Notes under the pieces: model-generated | What the model was told of the DNA's origin: nothing | Databases searched by the model: none | The model's input: only the letters and a program-made list of their open reading frames with translations | Position numbers and translations under genes: made by a program | Shown: piece by piece, positions 24,858-37,088 of the stretch | How positions within the stretch are numbered: the first letter of the stretch is position 1 | How the letters are laid out: every line of letters starts with the position of its first letter | Source: Laetmonice hystrix | Lineage: Eukaryota | Assembly (NCBI GenBank): GCA_965235115.1 | Contig: OZ249437.1 | Span: 22,010,001 to 22,074,000, forward strand | Length of the DNA: 64,000 bases | Reading direction: 5' to 3'

Positions 24858-26511
24858 CTTAGCACGGCCCGGCCAGCCAGGGGAGAGGATGGGGCCGGGG
24901 GGAGCAGTCGACAAACCTGGCTTGACCGATATAAAAACTGGACAGTGGTCAAACCACACTGCGGTGGGGGGGGGGGGAGTATAGGAAAAACACCGAGTTA
25001 TCATCTAAAGGATTCTTACTGTCATGACCCCCCCCCCCCCTCCCTTTCATGGCTACAATGTTACCAGAGCCAAATGTTAACTTCACGTGATCCTACATAT
25101 TTCAATTTCTCCTTTTTTCACTGATATTTCTAAAAGATTTTGGACGGAAACCAGACAACTATTCAAAGTGTTTTGTGAGCAAATGTAAATACTACGATCC
25201 CACAGGGTACAATACTCATACTTTTACATTGATAGAGACTTTTTTTAAAGACTTTCTTCAGATATAAGCTTATATAGCATTAGTAGCATTTATGATTTTT
25301 ATATATTTTGTTTATATCCTTTGAAGGAACATTAATATTCGGTTTAAACTGTGCATATGGCCAGTTTTTTTTTAAACATGCTAGAGCTTTTGTGTATAAA
25401 TTCATCACATTTCCTTCCTTCCAAGGCCACATGAAGGCGCGTGTGAATAGGCCTCTAATTGATTCATCAATAGAGCAGACCCCAGCTGTAGTAGGATATA
25501 AATTGGACCTTTTCATGTGAAGGTTTGTATGAACACAATATGACTATGAACCCATCAGAGTTCCGACCGGGGACAGAACTTGCACGATGACACGCCATCG
25601 TGTTCAGGTCTACAGTTGTCTAGGAAGCTCACGCAGACATTGGTGTGTCGTCCCCCGGGCTACCTCCCACACGGTGCTGGCTATCAGCCAAACCGTCTAC
25701 TGATAGCTCAATCAGACATGGAAGGGAACAAATTCAGGTCCTCGGGTAAAGGCCATATCAGCCTCTGCTCATCAACTGTCATTGGAGCCTCAACAACCGT
25801 AGTTTACAACTCTCCGGGACCAGTAGCGGCCATCTGGGCCTCAGCCCAGCAAAAATTGCACAACTTTCTGGGGTTTGGTTGGGGGTAGGGATCCTGCACG
25901 AACAACTTCCCATGTTGGTAAAGTCACTTGAGACTTTTGGGTATTTCCAAAACACATTTCTTTTTGAATGACAGCGGTGTTGTGGGACGTGCGCAAGTCT
26001 ACGCTTTGAGTCACGTACAGCGATAAGATGATTAAGAGACCAGGCAGACGTGATCCACTGGCATGGTATTGTCATGGTTACCATGGTCCCTTCCTATCTA
26101 CCGTATCACTGTATCAGTGGACACCGCCTGGAGAGACTGGTAACGGTTGACAGACTGTACATCACTCCAGTCAGCCTGGCACCACTGGCTGATAACTCGC
26201 TCCGGCTGGCCTCCCCTACCGCAGCCTCAAAGTACATTCCATCACATTCAAAATTCGGTAAAGCGGTCGACCATAACCTGTTGTACATTTCAGGAATAAT
26301 ATAGAGCAATAAATCAGGTTAAAGACATTTGGAACAAACCCGGGTACTCCAGTTGTCTCCACCAGTCTCAATATGACACTGGCTGATACCGCGGTGCATT
26401 AAAACCGATCCGAATCACGAATCCAAACCACCCTGACGTACGAACCCGTTCACGTAACCAAACCTGTCAGCGCCATCTGGTGAGAATAATGACCCACAGC
26501 CTACTGCACAA

Positions 26512-28025
26512 TGTACGCACACACTCCATGTCATGGTCTGTGTACGCACACACACCATGTCATGGTCTGTCTGTTCTACGTACACTGTACAACCATTAGT
26601 GGTTCCCACCAGTTCTCATCCACCCTCCGCCGTGTACGCACACACTCCATGTCATGGTCTGTCTGTTCTACGTACGTACACTGTACAACCATTAGTGGTT
26701 CCCACCAGTTCTCATCCAATCTCCGCCGTGTACGCACACACACCATGCCATGGTCTGTGTACGCACACACACCATGTCATGGTCTGTCTGTTCTACGTAC
26801 GTACACTGTACAACAATTAGTGGTTCGCACCAGTTCTCATCCGATCCCCGCCGTGTACGCACACACTCCATGTCATGGTCTGTGTACGCACACACTCCAT
26901 GTCATGGTGTGTGTACGCACACACACCATGTCATGGTCTGTGTACGCACACACCATGTCATGGTCTGTCTGTTCTACGTACGTACACTGTACAACCATTA
27001 GTGGTTCCCACCAGTTCTCATCCAATCTCCGCCGTGTACGCACACACTCCATGCCATGGTCTGTGTACGCACACACACCATGTCATGGTCTGTGTACGCA
27101 CACACACCATGCCATGGTCTGTCTGTTCTACGTACGTACACTGTACAACCATTAGTGGTTCCCACCAGTTCTCATCCAATCTCCGCCGTGTACGCACACA
27201 CACCATGTCATGGTCTGTGTACGCACACACACCATGTCATGGTTTGTCTGTTCTACGTACGTACACTGTACAACCATTAGTGGTTCCCACCAGTTCTCGT
27301 CCAATCTCCGCCGTGTACGCACACACACCATGTCATGGTCTGTGTACGCACACACTCCATGTCATGGTCTGTGTACTCACACACACCATGCCATGGTCTG
27401 TGTACGCACACACTCCATGTCATGGTCTGTGTACGCACACACTCCATGTCATGGTCTGTCTGTTCTACGTACGTACACTGTACAACCATTAGTGGTTCCC
27501 ACCAGTTCTGATCCAATCTCCGCCGTGTACGCACACACATCATGTCATGGTCTGTCTGTTCTACGTACGTACACTGTACAACCATTAGTGGTTCCCACCA
27601 GTTCTCATCCACCCTCCGCCGTGTACGCACACACTCCATGTCATGGTCTGTGTACGCACACACCATGCCATGGTCTGTGTACGCACACACACCATGTCAT
27701 GGTCTGTGTACGCACACACTCCATGTCATGGTCTGTGTACGCACACACACCATGTCATGGTCTGTGTATGCACACACTCCATGTCATGGTCTGTGTACGC
27801 ACACACACCATGTCATGGTCTGTGTACGCACACACTCCATGTCATGGTCTGTGTACGCACACACCATGCCATGGTCTGTGTACGCACACACCATGCCATG
27901 GTCTGTGTACGCACACACCATGCCATGGTCTGTGTACGCACACACACCATGCCATGGTCTGTCTGTTCTACGTACACGGTACAACCATTTGTGGTTCCCA
28001 CCAGTTCTCATCCAATCTCCGCCGT
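26512..28025. repeat. Two-module minisatellite (27/29-bp module plus a longer module of about 65 bp)
   Basis: GTGTACGCACACACACCATGTCATGGTCT interspersed with GTCTGTTCTACGTAC...GTTCTCATCCAATCTCCGCC. Confidence 0.95.
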
Positions 28026-29108
28026 CACATATCCCCCCTCTCCCCGAAAAAAAACACCTAACCCTGAACTTGACACAAACCCAGGTGTTAGTCACTATTG
28101 CAGACTTAGCGGCCGAAAAGACAATATATTGGTTGTATCATAGATCTATACAAAAACAGATCTATAGGAATAATGAATAATATGCCATAAAAAATATATA
28201 AACTAAGGCCAGGATTATTGGGGGGGAGGCCCTCAATAAGATTATTGGGGGCCAGTGCCCCTTGACCACCCCCCGCCTATGTATTGTATGAAAGCACAAC
28301 AAAGAAAGCTGTGATATAATATAGTTGTGATATAATTCTAACAATTTCTCAATATGTGTGTGTTTATTTAAAATAATCATTTAAACATGTGATGTCAAGT
28401 GGTTCAGAATCAGAATCTGGGGAACCCAACCCACACATTTTGAAAACCCTGACAATTATAATTACAAGAATCTAGCAAGCTACATGATCTATTCCAGGTG
28501 TCTATAGGGTCTGCCTGAGCTCGGGTCTGGAGGGGCTCACAATATCGAAACCCTTCCTATCACGTTCACCTTTCAAAGCTCGTTTTGGGCCACGTGGCTT
28601 TAGGAACCAAGACTGACATCAAAGAGTGGCACCGACCCTTAACTTTGGCAACCCTTTCAAAATGTTTGCCCTGGCAAACAGCCATAATGGCTTGCAAATG
28701 GGCAAACAGTGCCCCGTGTGACCCAGCACAGGCCTTTATCTGTGGGTGTGCTGGCTGATATCTGGTTTTATATATAGAAACCAGGAAGGGCAGGAGGCAT
28801 ATAGGCAGGAGGTGTATAGGCAGGAGGTCTGCTCTGACAACAATAAAACTGATCTTATAGGTTTGGATTAATGGAACCAAAAGTGATTCAGGTTTAGGAT
28901 TGGTTCTGTGGTTGGTGATATAGGGTCCAGGGTCCAGCCACAGCTCGTGTCTGGAAGCCAGACACACAGGGACAGATCCATGGTGACCCGATCTAAACGG
29001 TAAACTCCACATGACAATTAATCCATTAAATTTAACAAAACAAAAATCGTATTTAATTTCATATTAAAAAATAATTAAATATATTTGTTTCAAGTCTTGT
29101 TCTTCAAC

Positions 29109-29364
29109 CTTAGGAGGGTCATGGGGCCCTCCACATGCCAATTTTACGGTAGAGTTTAGTGTAGAGAACAACTTTAGGAGGGTCATGACACCCTCGACAT
29201 GGCAATTTTACGGTAGACTTTAGTGTAGAGAACAACTTTAGGAGGGTCATGACACCCTCGACATGGCAATTTTACGGTAGACTTTAGTGTAGAGGACAAC
29301 TTTAGGAGGGTCATGGCACCCTCGACATGGCAATTTTACGGTAGAGTTTAGTGTAGAGAACAAC
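29109..29364. repeat. 64-bp tandem repeat, about 4 copies
   Basis: TTTAGGAGGGTCATGACACCCTCGACATGGCAATTTTACGG... with period 64. Confidence 0.9.
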
Positions 29365-31475
29365 CCAACAGGGGGTCTTCTCAGTTCTTGTGTGTGTGTG
29401 TGGGGGGGGGGGAGGGCTAATTGCCCCCCCCCCCGCTTAATTTACAAAATTAAAAAGATAGTTCCCCAACTGATATCCTGGATCAGTCCCTTACTGGATA
29501 TTCTGGAACTGGTATGAAGTTGACAGAAAATGTCCTTTTTTTTATTTTTTCCAAAATTAACAAAACTTCTAGTAATATAGATAAAGAGGCAATCACTTAC
29601 AAATACATGTATACACTGACAAATTCATCCACCAAGGAGGGTTCCTTTTCAATTTTTCAAGGGAAAATGACAGGAGGGTTAGTTAGTTAGTTAGACATCT
29701 ACTGGTAATTATGACGGTCATGTTCTCATGCTAGTCCACGTAATCTGAACAGGAAAATTCAAACACTAATTGTGAGCTGCAAGAGTTGGTGATGATGGTG
29801 GCCGTCACACTGCCCGTCTGTGGGCTGAGAGTGAACTGATAACGCAGAGATACATTCCCTATGGGGGGGGGGGGGCACAACTCTCTCACGCTGGCACATC
29901 TTCCAGTCTCAGCAGAATAGTTTGACATGCAACACTTTGTCTTATGAACACTGTATTCATATAACAGAAAATATATAATATTTTATTGTGAAACAGGAAA
30001 TAACGAATTATAAATCTGCGCTAAAATTTAAATTCTGTGCCAGAAGTGATTGAGCCCACTGGGGCCAACATCACTCTCTTGATAAAAATATAGGCGTGAG
30101 CGCCATCTAGTGTGTTTATAGTATGCATGCTGCCAGTGCCACCTGGTGGCAAACTAAATACAACGTTCCCAGTCCCATCTAGCGGCGGGATTGAGAACCA
30201 ACCTAAATGTACCATTTAGAGTTCACTGGGGGAGAACAGTTCCTGGGTGTATTTTTGTCAATAATATTCCATGGTCAAAACATGAAAGTACAGCCTCACA
30301 TAGCCTGGAATCCTCTCAGATGTTGCCCATGCCATAGTAAAATGACTAGCCAATATATCGACCCACTCACTGCGTTACACTACGTTCGAGGGTTGACAAC
30401 ATCTTCATTGAAATAAATTAAAAACACGTCTACTGAAGGAATTGCATAGATTCCTACAAATCTAAACGCACGCCTAGTTGCCATAACACCTGTTGAACTT
30501 GAAGGTCTTCGCACTTTTTTGAGAGGAGTCGCATCTTCTGTAATATATTATGGCTTCTTTTGTAAACCCAGCGGCCACTTCCAAACATATTTCAGCTAGT
30601 CGCCATTATATTGTGTTGTGGCGCGCATGTGCAGAGGGAACCGGTTCCAGTTTGCGCATGCGACCATAGTGCTTGTATTTTTAAAATGGACCCGCATTGT
30701 TTCTGAGGGATGGCATCGATGTACAACAATACTGTCAATAGGCCATACAGTGTCAATCACCCATCAAATCGACTGGTTATTGCACGGGATTTTAGCGAAA
30801 GTATTGCGGATTAATAGGGACACTTTATTCTAAGTAAGAAGGGAAACATCAGTTTGCAATCCGCATTGAAATCGATAGGTACGTGACATTTTGGGGTTTT
30901 CCTATGGCGATGTGCACATCCTTCTCCACGCGTAGCGTTAGAAGGATGGCCACATCTATAAAATGACTAGTGATCTTTTAAAGCTCATGCCACTTTGTTC
31001 ATTTGTGTGATTTACCCAAACATAATTACAAGCATATTTACAAGCATGTAGACCAAGTGAAAATGTCTCCACTGACACTCCACACTGGCAAGTGGTGCAA
31101 TTCCTTCATGTCCATCTCATAAAATTAAATGCTACTACATGTACACTTCTTTTTGTGACTGCAATGAACATAATGTAGAAGTGTTAATGGATTGCAATCA
31201 GGTATAGCCGAAACAATCCATAAACATGATGGTGTGATATACAACTACCAGTTTCACACAAACACTAATCTTGAACAACTCAAGTCACTTGAAATCCTAT
31301 GTTTCTGGGTCAGGTTTGCTCCCCCCAAAATGACCACAAAATTTCACTCCTTCAAAATTCCTGCCTGCAGTGAGGACCCGTATTACATATAATCAAATTA
31401 AAGAAATCAAATTATATAAAAAAAAATCAAATAATCTTTCTACTTTAAAAATATAGGTGATGACAGCAAACTTAC

Positions 31476-31650
31476 CTCTGCCGGGACCACCCCGCCCTCG
31501 ACCTCCACGACCTTTGGGGTCACCTCTTCCTTTTGTTTTCATAATGACCTCCTCTTTGACCATATCAATGACCTCGTCAGGAATACGCAGGTATTTAATG
31601 GTCGACCCTCGGATGTAACACTCTGGCATCCTCCAAAACCGGTCTCCATC
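31476..31650 (-). CDS. LSM4: LSM4 coding exon 4 ([34 protein letters not shown]...GRGGPGR), Sm2 motif
   Basis: tgtag| acceptor, |gtaagt donor, 175 nt ending in phase 1; LSM4 Sm2 motif plus start of the RG tail. Confidence 0.97.
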
Positions 31651-31792
31651 CTACAAATTAAACAATACAACATGCTAACTGCAATCCATCCTGTGCATAT
31701 TGCTCTCTGAAAATACTTGAGGTATTGAGCCAAAAGGAAAATTTCAGTCTGAAATTTGTAACTTTCATAAATGAAAATGGTTGCTGATAGTA

Positions 31793-32710
31793 CAGTGGAA
31801 ACCCGCTTAGGCGGGCAGCCGTGGGTCTGGGCCTTTGGTGCCCGCATAGCGGGGTGGTCGTCTTACCGGGAATTAGGTCATTATGTCTTTGTGTTTTGAA
31901 AGCATCAGCCACTACATGCTAATCCGCCCTGACTGTTATTAAATACATGTATACGTGTACTTCGAGTGAGAAATTCATGAAAGTAGCAAAATATATTTTT
32001 GGGAAAGCATGGATTTATTATTACTGAATGGAACATTGCAACACAACTGAACAGTACATGCACATGTAGTAAAACATGTTTTAAAATGTAATAGGACTAT
32101 AGGTATCTACATCTTTAAATACATCTCTACATTCCCGGATAATAGCAGATTTTTCTGACTCAAAATGCTCTATCACAGTTTGTATGCGTATGTGTACAAA
32201 GTTCGTCAATTTAAGAACGTTTAAAAAAGCTGGCTAGAGTGGGTTGCACTGTACACCTGGTGAGGGTCTTGGTCAGGAAGTTGTCCTGGGCGGTCATGAG
32301 GTGTTCAAGGGTCTGGCTGTATGTGGGTAAAAGCTGTTTGTTTGTTGCATTGTGGGTTGCATTGTTTCTCTCACCTAGGAAAACTGACGATACGTGTTTA
32401 TGGAAGTGGTCTCACTTTGATTGACAGGTCGCACCTAGTCAGCACTAGGTGTGAATGGGCCAGGGTGGCGCCAGTACCAGCAGTATGGGGTGTGAGCGGC
32501 CAGAGTGGTCGCGAGACCGAGTTGAAAGAGGCCAGTTGGGACTGAAAACAGGCGCCCACAAGGCGAGTTGCCCGCAATGCGAGTGCCCGTATTGGTGGGT
32601 GTTTTACAAACATGAATATAGAAGGAAAAATTCGGGACTGGATCAAACTGCCCCTGGATAATGACGGGTTGCCCGCTTCCCCGGGTTGGTCGTTAAGCGG
32701 GTTTCCACTG
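31793..32710. mobile_element. Non-autonomous Tc1/mariner(pogo)-type element in LSM4 intron 3
   Basis: Perfect 17-bp TIR CAGTGGAAACCCGCTTA, flanked by TA on both sides; no transposase recognised. Confidence 0.65.
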
Positions 32711-32756
32711 TATACAAATTACAAATGTTGGTTGAACTGAAGCCTGAAGTACTGAC

Positions 32757-32855
32757 CCTAGATGTGCAGATGACCTCTCGAAGGTTGATGTTCATCCAGT
32801 TGTCACAGCTGACCAAGTGGCCATTGTAGGTCTCGCCATTCTTCAACTCCACCAA
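32757..32855 (-). CDS. LSM4: LSM4 coding exon 3 ([33 protein letters not shown]), Sm1 motif
   Basis: tatag| acceptor, |gtcagt donor, 99 nt; essentially identical to the LSM4 Sm1 region. Confidence 0.97.
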
Positions 32856-33132
32856 CTATAATAATCAAGGGTTAACTTCACAGACAAGATAGAAATACAT
32901 ATGGCCATTGTGAAGCCTAACTAAGTAGGCGAATTGATGATGGCTAAATGGTTGACGTTATTTTGGGGATTCAAACCTATTTTCACCGGCGGTATATTTT
33001 GTGTAAATTAACTAATTACCAACACGAAACAATATGTTTGGCCTTTGGGTGAGGGTTAAGGTTAGTGGTCTGAAAGGGGCTAATTAATACACAGATAATC
33101 TGGTCAATATAAGACAGGTAGGCTACCCGTTA

Positions 33133-33291
33133 GGGGCCGTTCAAAAGTTACGTAACGCTCGGGGGTGGGGGGGTGGGTGTATGTCCAAACGTTACGGACA
33201 GTGCTGAAGTACCATTGCAGAGTGTTACGGGGGGCTGGGGGGGGTGTCAGATTTGGCCCAAAATAGCGTTACATAATTTTTGAACGGCCCC
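33133..33291. mobile_element. PIF/Harbinger-type MITE in LSM4 intron 2
   Basis: TIRs GGGGCCGTTCAAAA...TTTTGAACGGCCCC with TTA on both flanks (TWA target duplication). Confidence 0.8.
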
Positions 33292-33539
33292 TTACATTTA
33301 CAACGGAACTTTGGCATCCCCAAAAGAATCATGCCAAACAAAACATGGCTAAATCCTTACTCTAGATTGAATTTACGGCTAGTGAAGTAGTTTAGTTTCT
33401 GACACTAAGCTCTATAACCACTAATCTTAGTTCACAGCTCAGTGGGTCATGGGGGTTTCGTCATGGGTCTGACTGTCTGTCACTGCCTGGAGTGGGAAAA
33501 CAACCCTATTATCGCCACCCGCGAAACAATTTTACTTAC

Positions 33540-33581
33540 CATGGGGTGGTTTACCGCCGTACGAAGCAATGAAAGGGGTAA
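33540..33581 (-). CDS. LSM4: LSM4 coding exon 2 (LPLSLLRTAVNHPM)
   Basis: cacag| acceptor, |gtaagt donor, 42 nt; matches the LSM4 N-terminus MLPLSLLKTAQNHPM. Confidence 0.95.
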
Positions 33582-33685
33582 CTGTGGATAGAAGAACAAA
33601 TCGTATCAATTTTAGAATGACTATTTGTAACATTTGTTAGTAAAACAACAAAAGGTACATTTTAATGACGTCTTGAGCTACGAAC

Positions 33686-33688
33686 CAT
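33686..33688 (-). CDS. LSM4: LSM4 coding exon 1 (ATG only)
   Basis: Sense strand ...gaacATG|gttcgt; phase 0 joins exon 2 (LPLSLL...). An ATG-only first coding exon matches the vertebrate LSM4 gene structure as recalled. Confidence 0.8.
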
Positions 33689-34166
33689 GTTCACTTTGCC
33701 GGTAGAACCTGTCGTTTTTAGGATTTCCCTCCTGGGTTGTGCGAAAAGCCGAATTCTATCCAGGCGAGGTTCCGTTCCTTATTGTATGTGAGCCAAGGCT
33801 TTTTGAAAGTGCGACCAATACTCATACCTATACCTATACTATAATCCTAATAAGTTCAGCGTTTCTAATTAAAGAGAAGAGCTGCTAATATAATATTTGG
33901 ATACATTTAGTCATTCAGTCGGAATTCAGCATAGTCTAGATACCGTTCCAGTTAGCCTCCAAATGATTGAATCTGTATTTCTCATCAACCAGAGGGAATT
34001 CCCTGCCATATTTATTTCTGACTGGTCCCCTGCTCAACTCCTATCGAGAGGAGCGAGTAGTGAGCAGGAGACCAGTCAGTATTTATCTGACGTCATCATC
34101 CAGCTCTCGCTCCAATCTCGGGAGAACGTCCGATATCAGGCAGCGAAGGACGACTTCTCCGTCAAG
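33689..34166. promoter_or_regulatory. Putative bidirectional promoter between LSM4 and NDUFB7
   Basis: Divergent ATGs 478 bp apart; perfect CRE TGACGTCA (34088-34095), CCAAT (34112-34116), TCTCGGGAGA (34116-34125, one mismatch to the BANP-type TCTCGCGAGA). Confidence 0.7.
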
Positions 34167-34290
34167 ATGGGGACGACGTTCGGTGCCATGTATTATGCCT
34201 ATTGGAAGTCCCCTGACACGGCCCCAAAACTAAGCGATTCTCCATCATTTGATCCCAATTATGGGTTTGGGAATAGTAGACAAATACGTG
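34167..34290 (+). CDS. NDUFB7: NDUFB7 (complex I B18 subunit) exon 1 (MGTTFGAM...SFDPNYGFGNSRQIR)
   Basis: aagATGG start, N-terminal MG, FDPNYGF motif (human FPPDYGF), |gtatgt donor in phase 1. Confidence 0.9.
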
Positions 34291-34711
34291 GTATGTATGA
34301 GAAACTGAACGTTTATATTTACTCAGTTGTCAGCGCTGTGATGTTGTGGGCACCATGTCCTTTGGCTTGCTTGGCGGTACCTGCTTGGCTTGGCCTTGGC
34401 ATCTCTGCCACTGCCAGCCTCTGAGCCTGTCAGTGTCACTGTCACTGTGTGAGTGGCAGCTGGTGAGTGGGAGTTTGACTGTGAGTGACACACTACAGGC
34501 AAATTAAAAACTTCTAAACTAAGTATACGGTGTGTAGTAAAGATAAGAGACTTTGGCTTTGCGTTTGTCAGTTTGTGACTTATAAGTTCAAGTAAATATA
34601 ACGTTACATTGTAATTTGTATACGATCCATATGAATGATATTGGCTCGCTACCACAAAATTTTTTATTCATTAGAGAATCTAATTCAATTGTCTTTTTTT
34701 GTGCCTTTCAG

Positions 34712-34880
34712 AGATTCATGCCACAGAAGATGAAATGGAAGCTGCTGGACTGACACTGGAACAACGCGACTACTGTGCACATCATCTTATAGCATTCTTG
34801 AAGTGCAAAAAAGATAATTTCCCATGGGTTGCTGCATGTAAAGATTTACAGCACCATTGGCATTCGTGCGAGTTTGAAGA
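34712..34880 (+). CDS. NDUFB7: NDUFB7 exon 2 (EIHATEDEM...RDYCAHHLIAFLKCKKDNFPWVAACKDLQHHWHSCEFE)
   Basis: tttcag| acceptor, |gtaagt donor; twin CX9C motif with RDYCAHHL signature. Confidence 0.96.
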
Positions 34881-35162
34881 GTAAGTTTGACAAGTAAAAT
34901 CTCGGATTATTTGTATGCAGATTTGTATTATGTATGTCAGATGATATAGACGCTCAACACTTGATTGATATGAGGGATTTTCCCATGGAAGCTAATAATA
35001 GGCCTAATAATGTTTCAGCACTAATTTGTATGTTTTATTTTCTTGGACAAATTCAAAATATATTTTTTTTTTCAATGATTAAGTGAATCTTTGTTGGGAA
35101 CAAAATAGTAATGAGACCTACTTGCTAGTTTCTGATAAAATGTTAATTATTGTATACTTCAG

Positions 35163-35253
35163 CTTTGTGTTGAGAATGAAAGAATACGAACGGGAGAAGC
35201 GTCTTCTGGAGCGTGCAAAGAGGAAAGGCGAACTTCGTAAAAGGGATGAATGA
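35163..35253 (+). CDS. NDUFB7: NDUFB7 exon 3 (DFVLRMKEYEREKRLLERAKRKGELRKRDE*)
   Basis: cttcag| acceptor, phase 2 consistent; matches DYVMRMKEFERERRLL. AATAAA at about 35472. Total 127 aa. Confidence 0.95.
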
Positions 35254-36449
35254 TTGGTCATGCTTGGCCTGGTATTGTATATAGACAACATTACTTGGAG
35301 AGAGGACACACCAGTCACCAACTCCAAGATTGATAAGAGACAACTTGTGTTAGAAGATGAAACATGGTACAAACAAGCATCTAAGTAGTTGTGTTGAATC
35401 CTTGAGTGAGAACCCCAACTACTTTCATAAACCCTCCGTCAATCAACAATGGAGTTTACCAATCTTGTAAAAATAAATAAATCAATATCTGACTTGCTAT
35501 AAAAGCGGTATTCCTGTTTTCTGTTTAAAGAAGTCGAGTTTCAAAAGAGGGATGTTAAAAACTGGAATGTTAAATTTCATTAAATTTCTCCATTTCTGTG
35601 GCAGTGGGTATACATTCGATTTATGTAGCCGAAGCCTGAGGCTTTATCTAACCTAACAGCCCATGTTTTGGAGTCAGTGAACTAAGATAATCATGACTGG
35701 CTTTGACATCACAAATGCATGGACTAATTCAGTTTGATTCGAGTCCACATAGACTGATAAAACAAACCATTGACGGAGACCTTAAGCTTTACTCGGGGGT
35801 TCTAGTAAATGAAGCACACTGCTTACTCATCTTCTTGGCAGCTGTCTGTTCACCGGACTGAAGAGAATAGCTATGCAGGAGTTTTAGTTTACTCCACTCG
35901 AAAGTTAGTTTACTCCACTCGAAATTATTCAACAAACAAAAAATTTCAGATTCAGATTCAATGCTTGCCTGCCCCAATGTCTGGAGAATAACTAAAATCA
36001 TAATATGCAGCTTCAAAGATTCACAAACATTTATTTGTTCAAAGGAAATGTATTACAAAGCATCTACCACAGAAAATAGGTTGCAATTTCAGCATACACA
36101 AATTTGTTTACTTCATGCCCCACTTAGTCCGATCGTTGAGACCGACTCGTCTCGCAAGCCCTCCTGTTAACCTTTCTCTCGTTCATTTAATCCAGGTGTT
36201 TCTTCAAGGTGTGGGCGGTAGGTTCTTCACACACCGGATTCCTATTTGCCATCGAGAAGGCTCTTGAGCTCAAAGACGTTTGTGATGACTTATTCATTTT
36301 GAAGGACTTTCAATTTCTCTCAAAAATTCAAGTACCGGGTACATGGAATTGAGCATACAATGCAAGAAATAATTTTGACACACTAAAAAAATACCATGCT
36401 CTTTAGTAGTGTAGTTTCAGGTCAAGGAATCTAAATAGAAAACTACTCT

Positions 36450-37088
36450 CCTCCCTGTTCATATACCTAACAGATTGTTGTGTAGAAAGGCAGTCTGTCA
36501 CCCCCCTCCCGTTCATATACCTAACAGATTGTTGTGTAGAAAGGCAGTCTGTCACCCCCCTCCCGTTCATATACCTAACAGATTGTTGTGTAGAAAGGCA
36601 GTCGGTCACTCCCCTCCCGTTCATATATCCAACAGATTGTTGTGTAGAAAGGCAGTCTGTCACCCCCCTCCCGTTCATATACCTAACAGATTGTTGTGTA
36701 GAAAGGCAGTCTGTTACTCCCCTCCCGTTCATATACATAACAGATTGTGTAGAAAGGCAGTCTGTCACTCCCCTCCCGTTCATATACCTAACAGATTGTG
36801 TAGAAAGGCAGTCTGTCACTCCCCTCCCTGTTCATATACCTAACAGATTGTTGTGTAGAAAGGCAGTCTGTCACTCCCCTCCCGTTCATATACCTAACAG
36901 ATTGTTGTGTAGAAAGACAGTCTGTCACTCCCCTCCCGTTCATATATCTAACAGATTGTTGGGTAGAAAGGCAGTCTGTCACTCCCCTCCCGTTCATATA
37001 CCCAACAGGCTGTTGTGTAGAAAGCCAGTCTGTCACTTCCCTCCCGTTCATATACCTTAGTTGTTGTGTAGAAAGGCAGTCTGTCACT
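36450..37088. repeat. Minisatellite, 54-bp unit, about 12 copies
   Basis: CCCCTCCCGTTCATATACCTAACAGATTGTTGTGTAGAAAGGCAGTCTGTCACT. Confidence 0.95.

Noticed and set aside
23242-24952. (GSGQDQQGNHT)n and (DCPADPALILC)n ORFs resembling structural or metal-binding proteins
   Set aside because: Products of a 33-bp minisatellite; open on both strands, mostly non-ATG starts, frequent frameshifts.
26512-28180. Many overlapping His/Cys-rich ORFs
   Set aside because: All arise from the two-module satellite; no consistent frame.
33897-34424. 175-aa ORF
   Set aside because: Only 34167-34290 is real (NDUFB7 exon 1); the rest is promoter/UTR and intron read-through.
36196-36350. Open frame after ttaatccag (CFFKVWAVG...ELKDVCDDLFIL)
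   Set aside because: No partner exons or recognisable family; lies in the probable antisense ELOVL 3'UTR.
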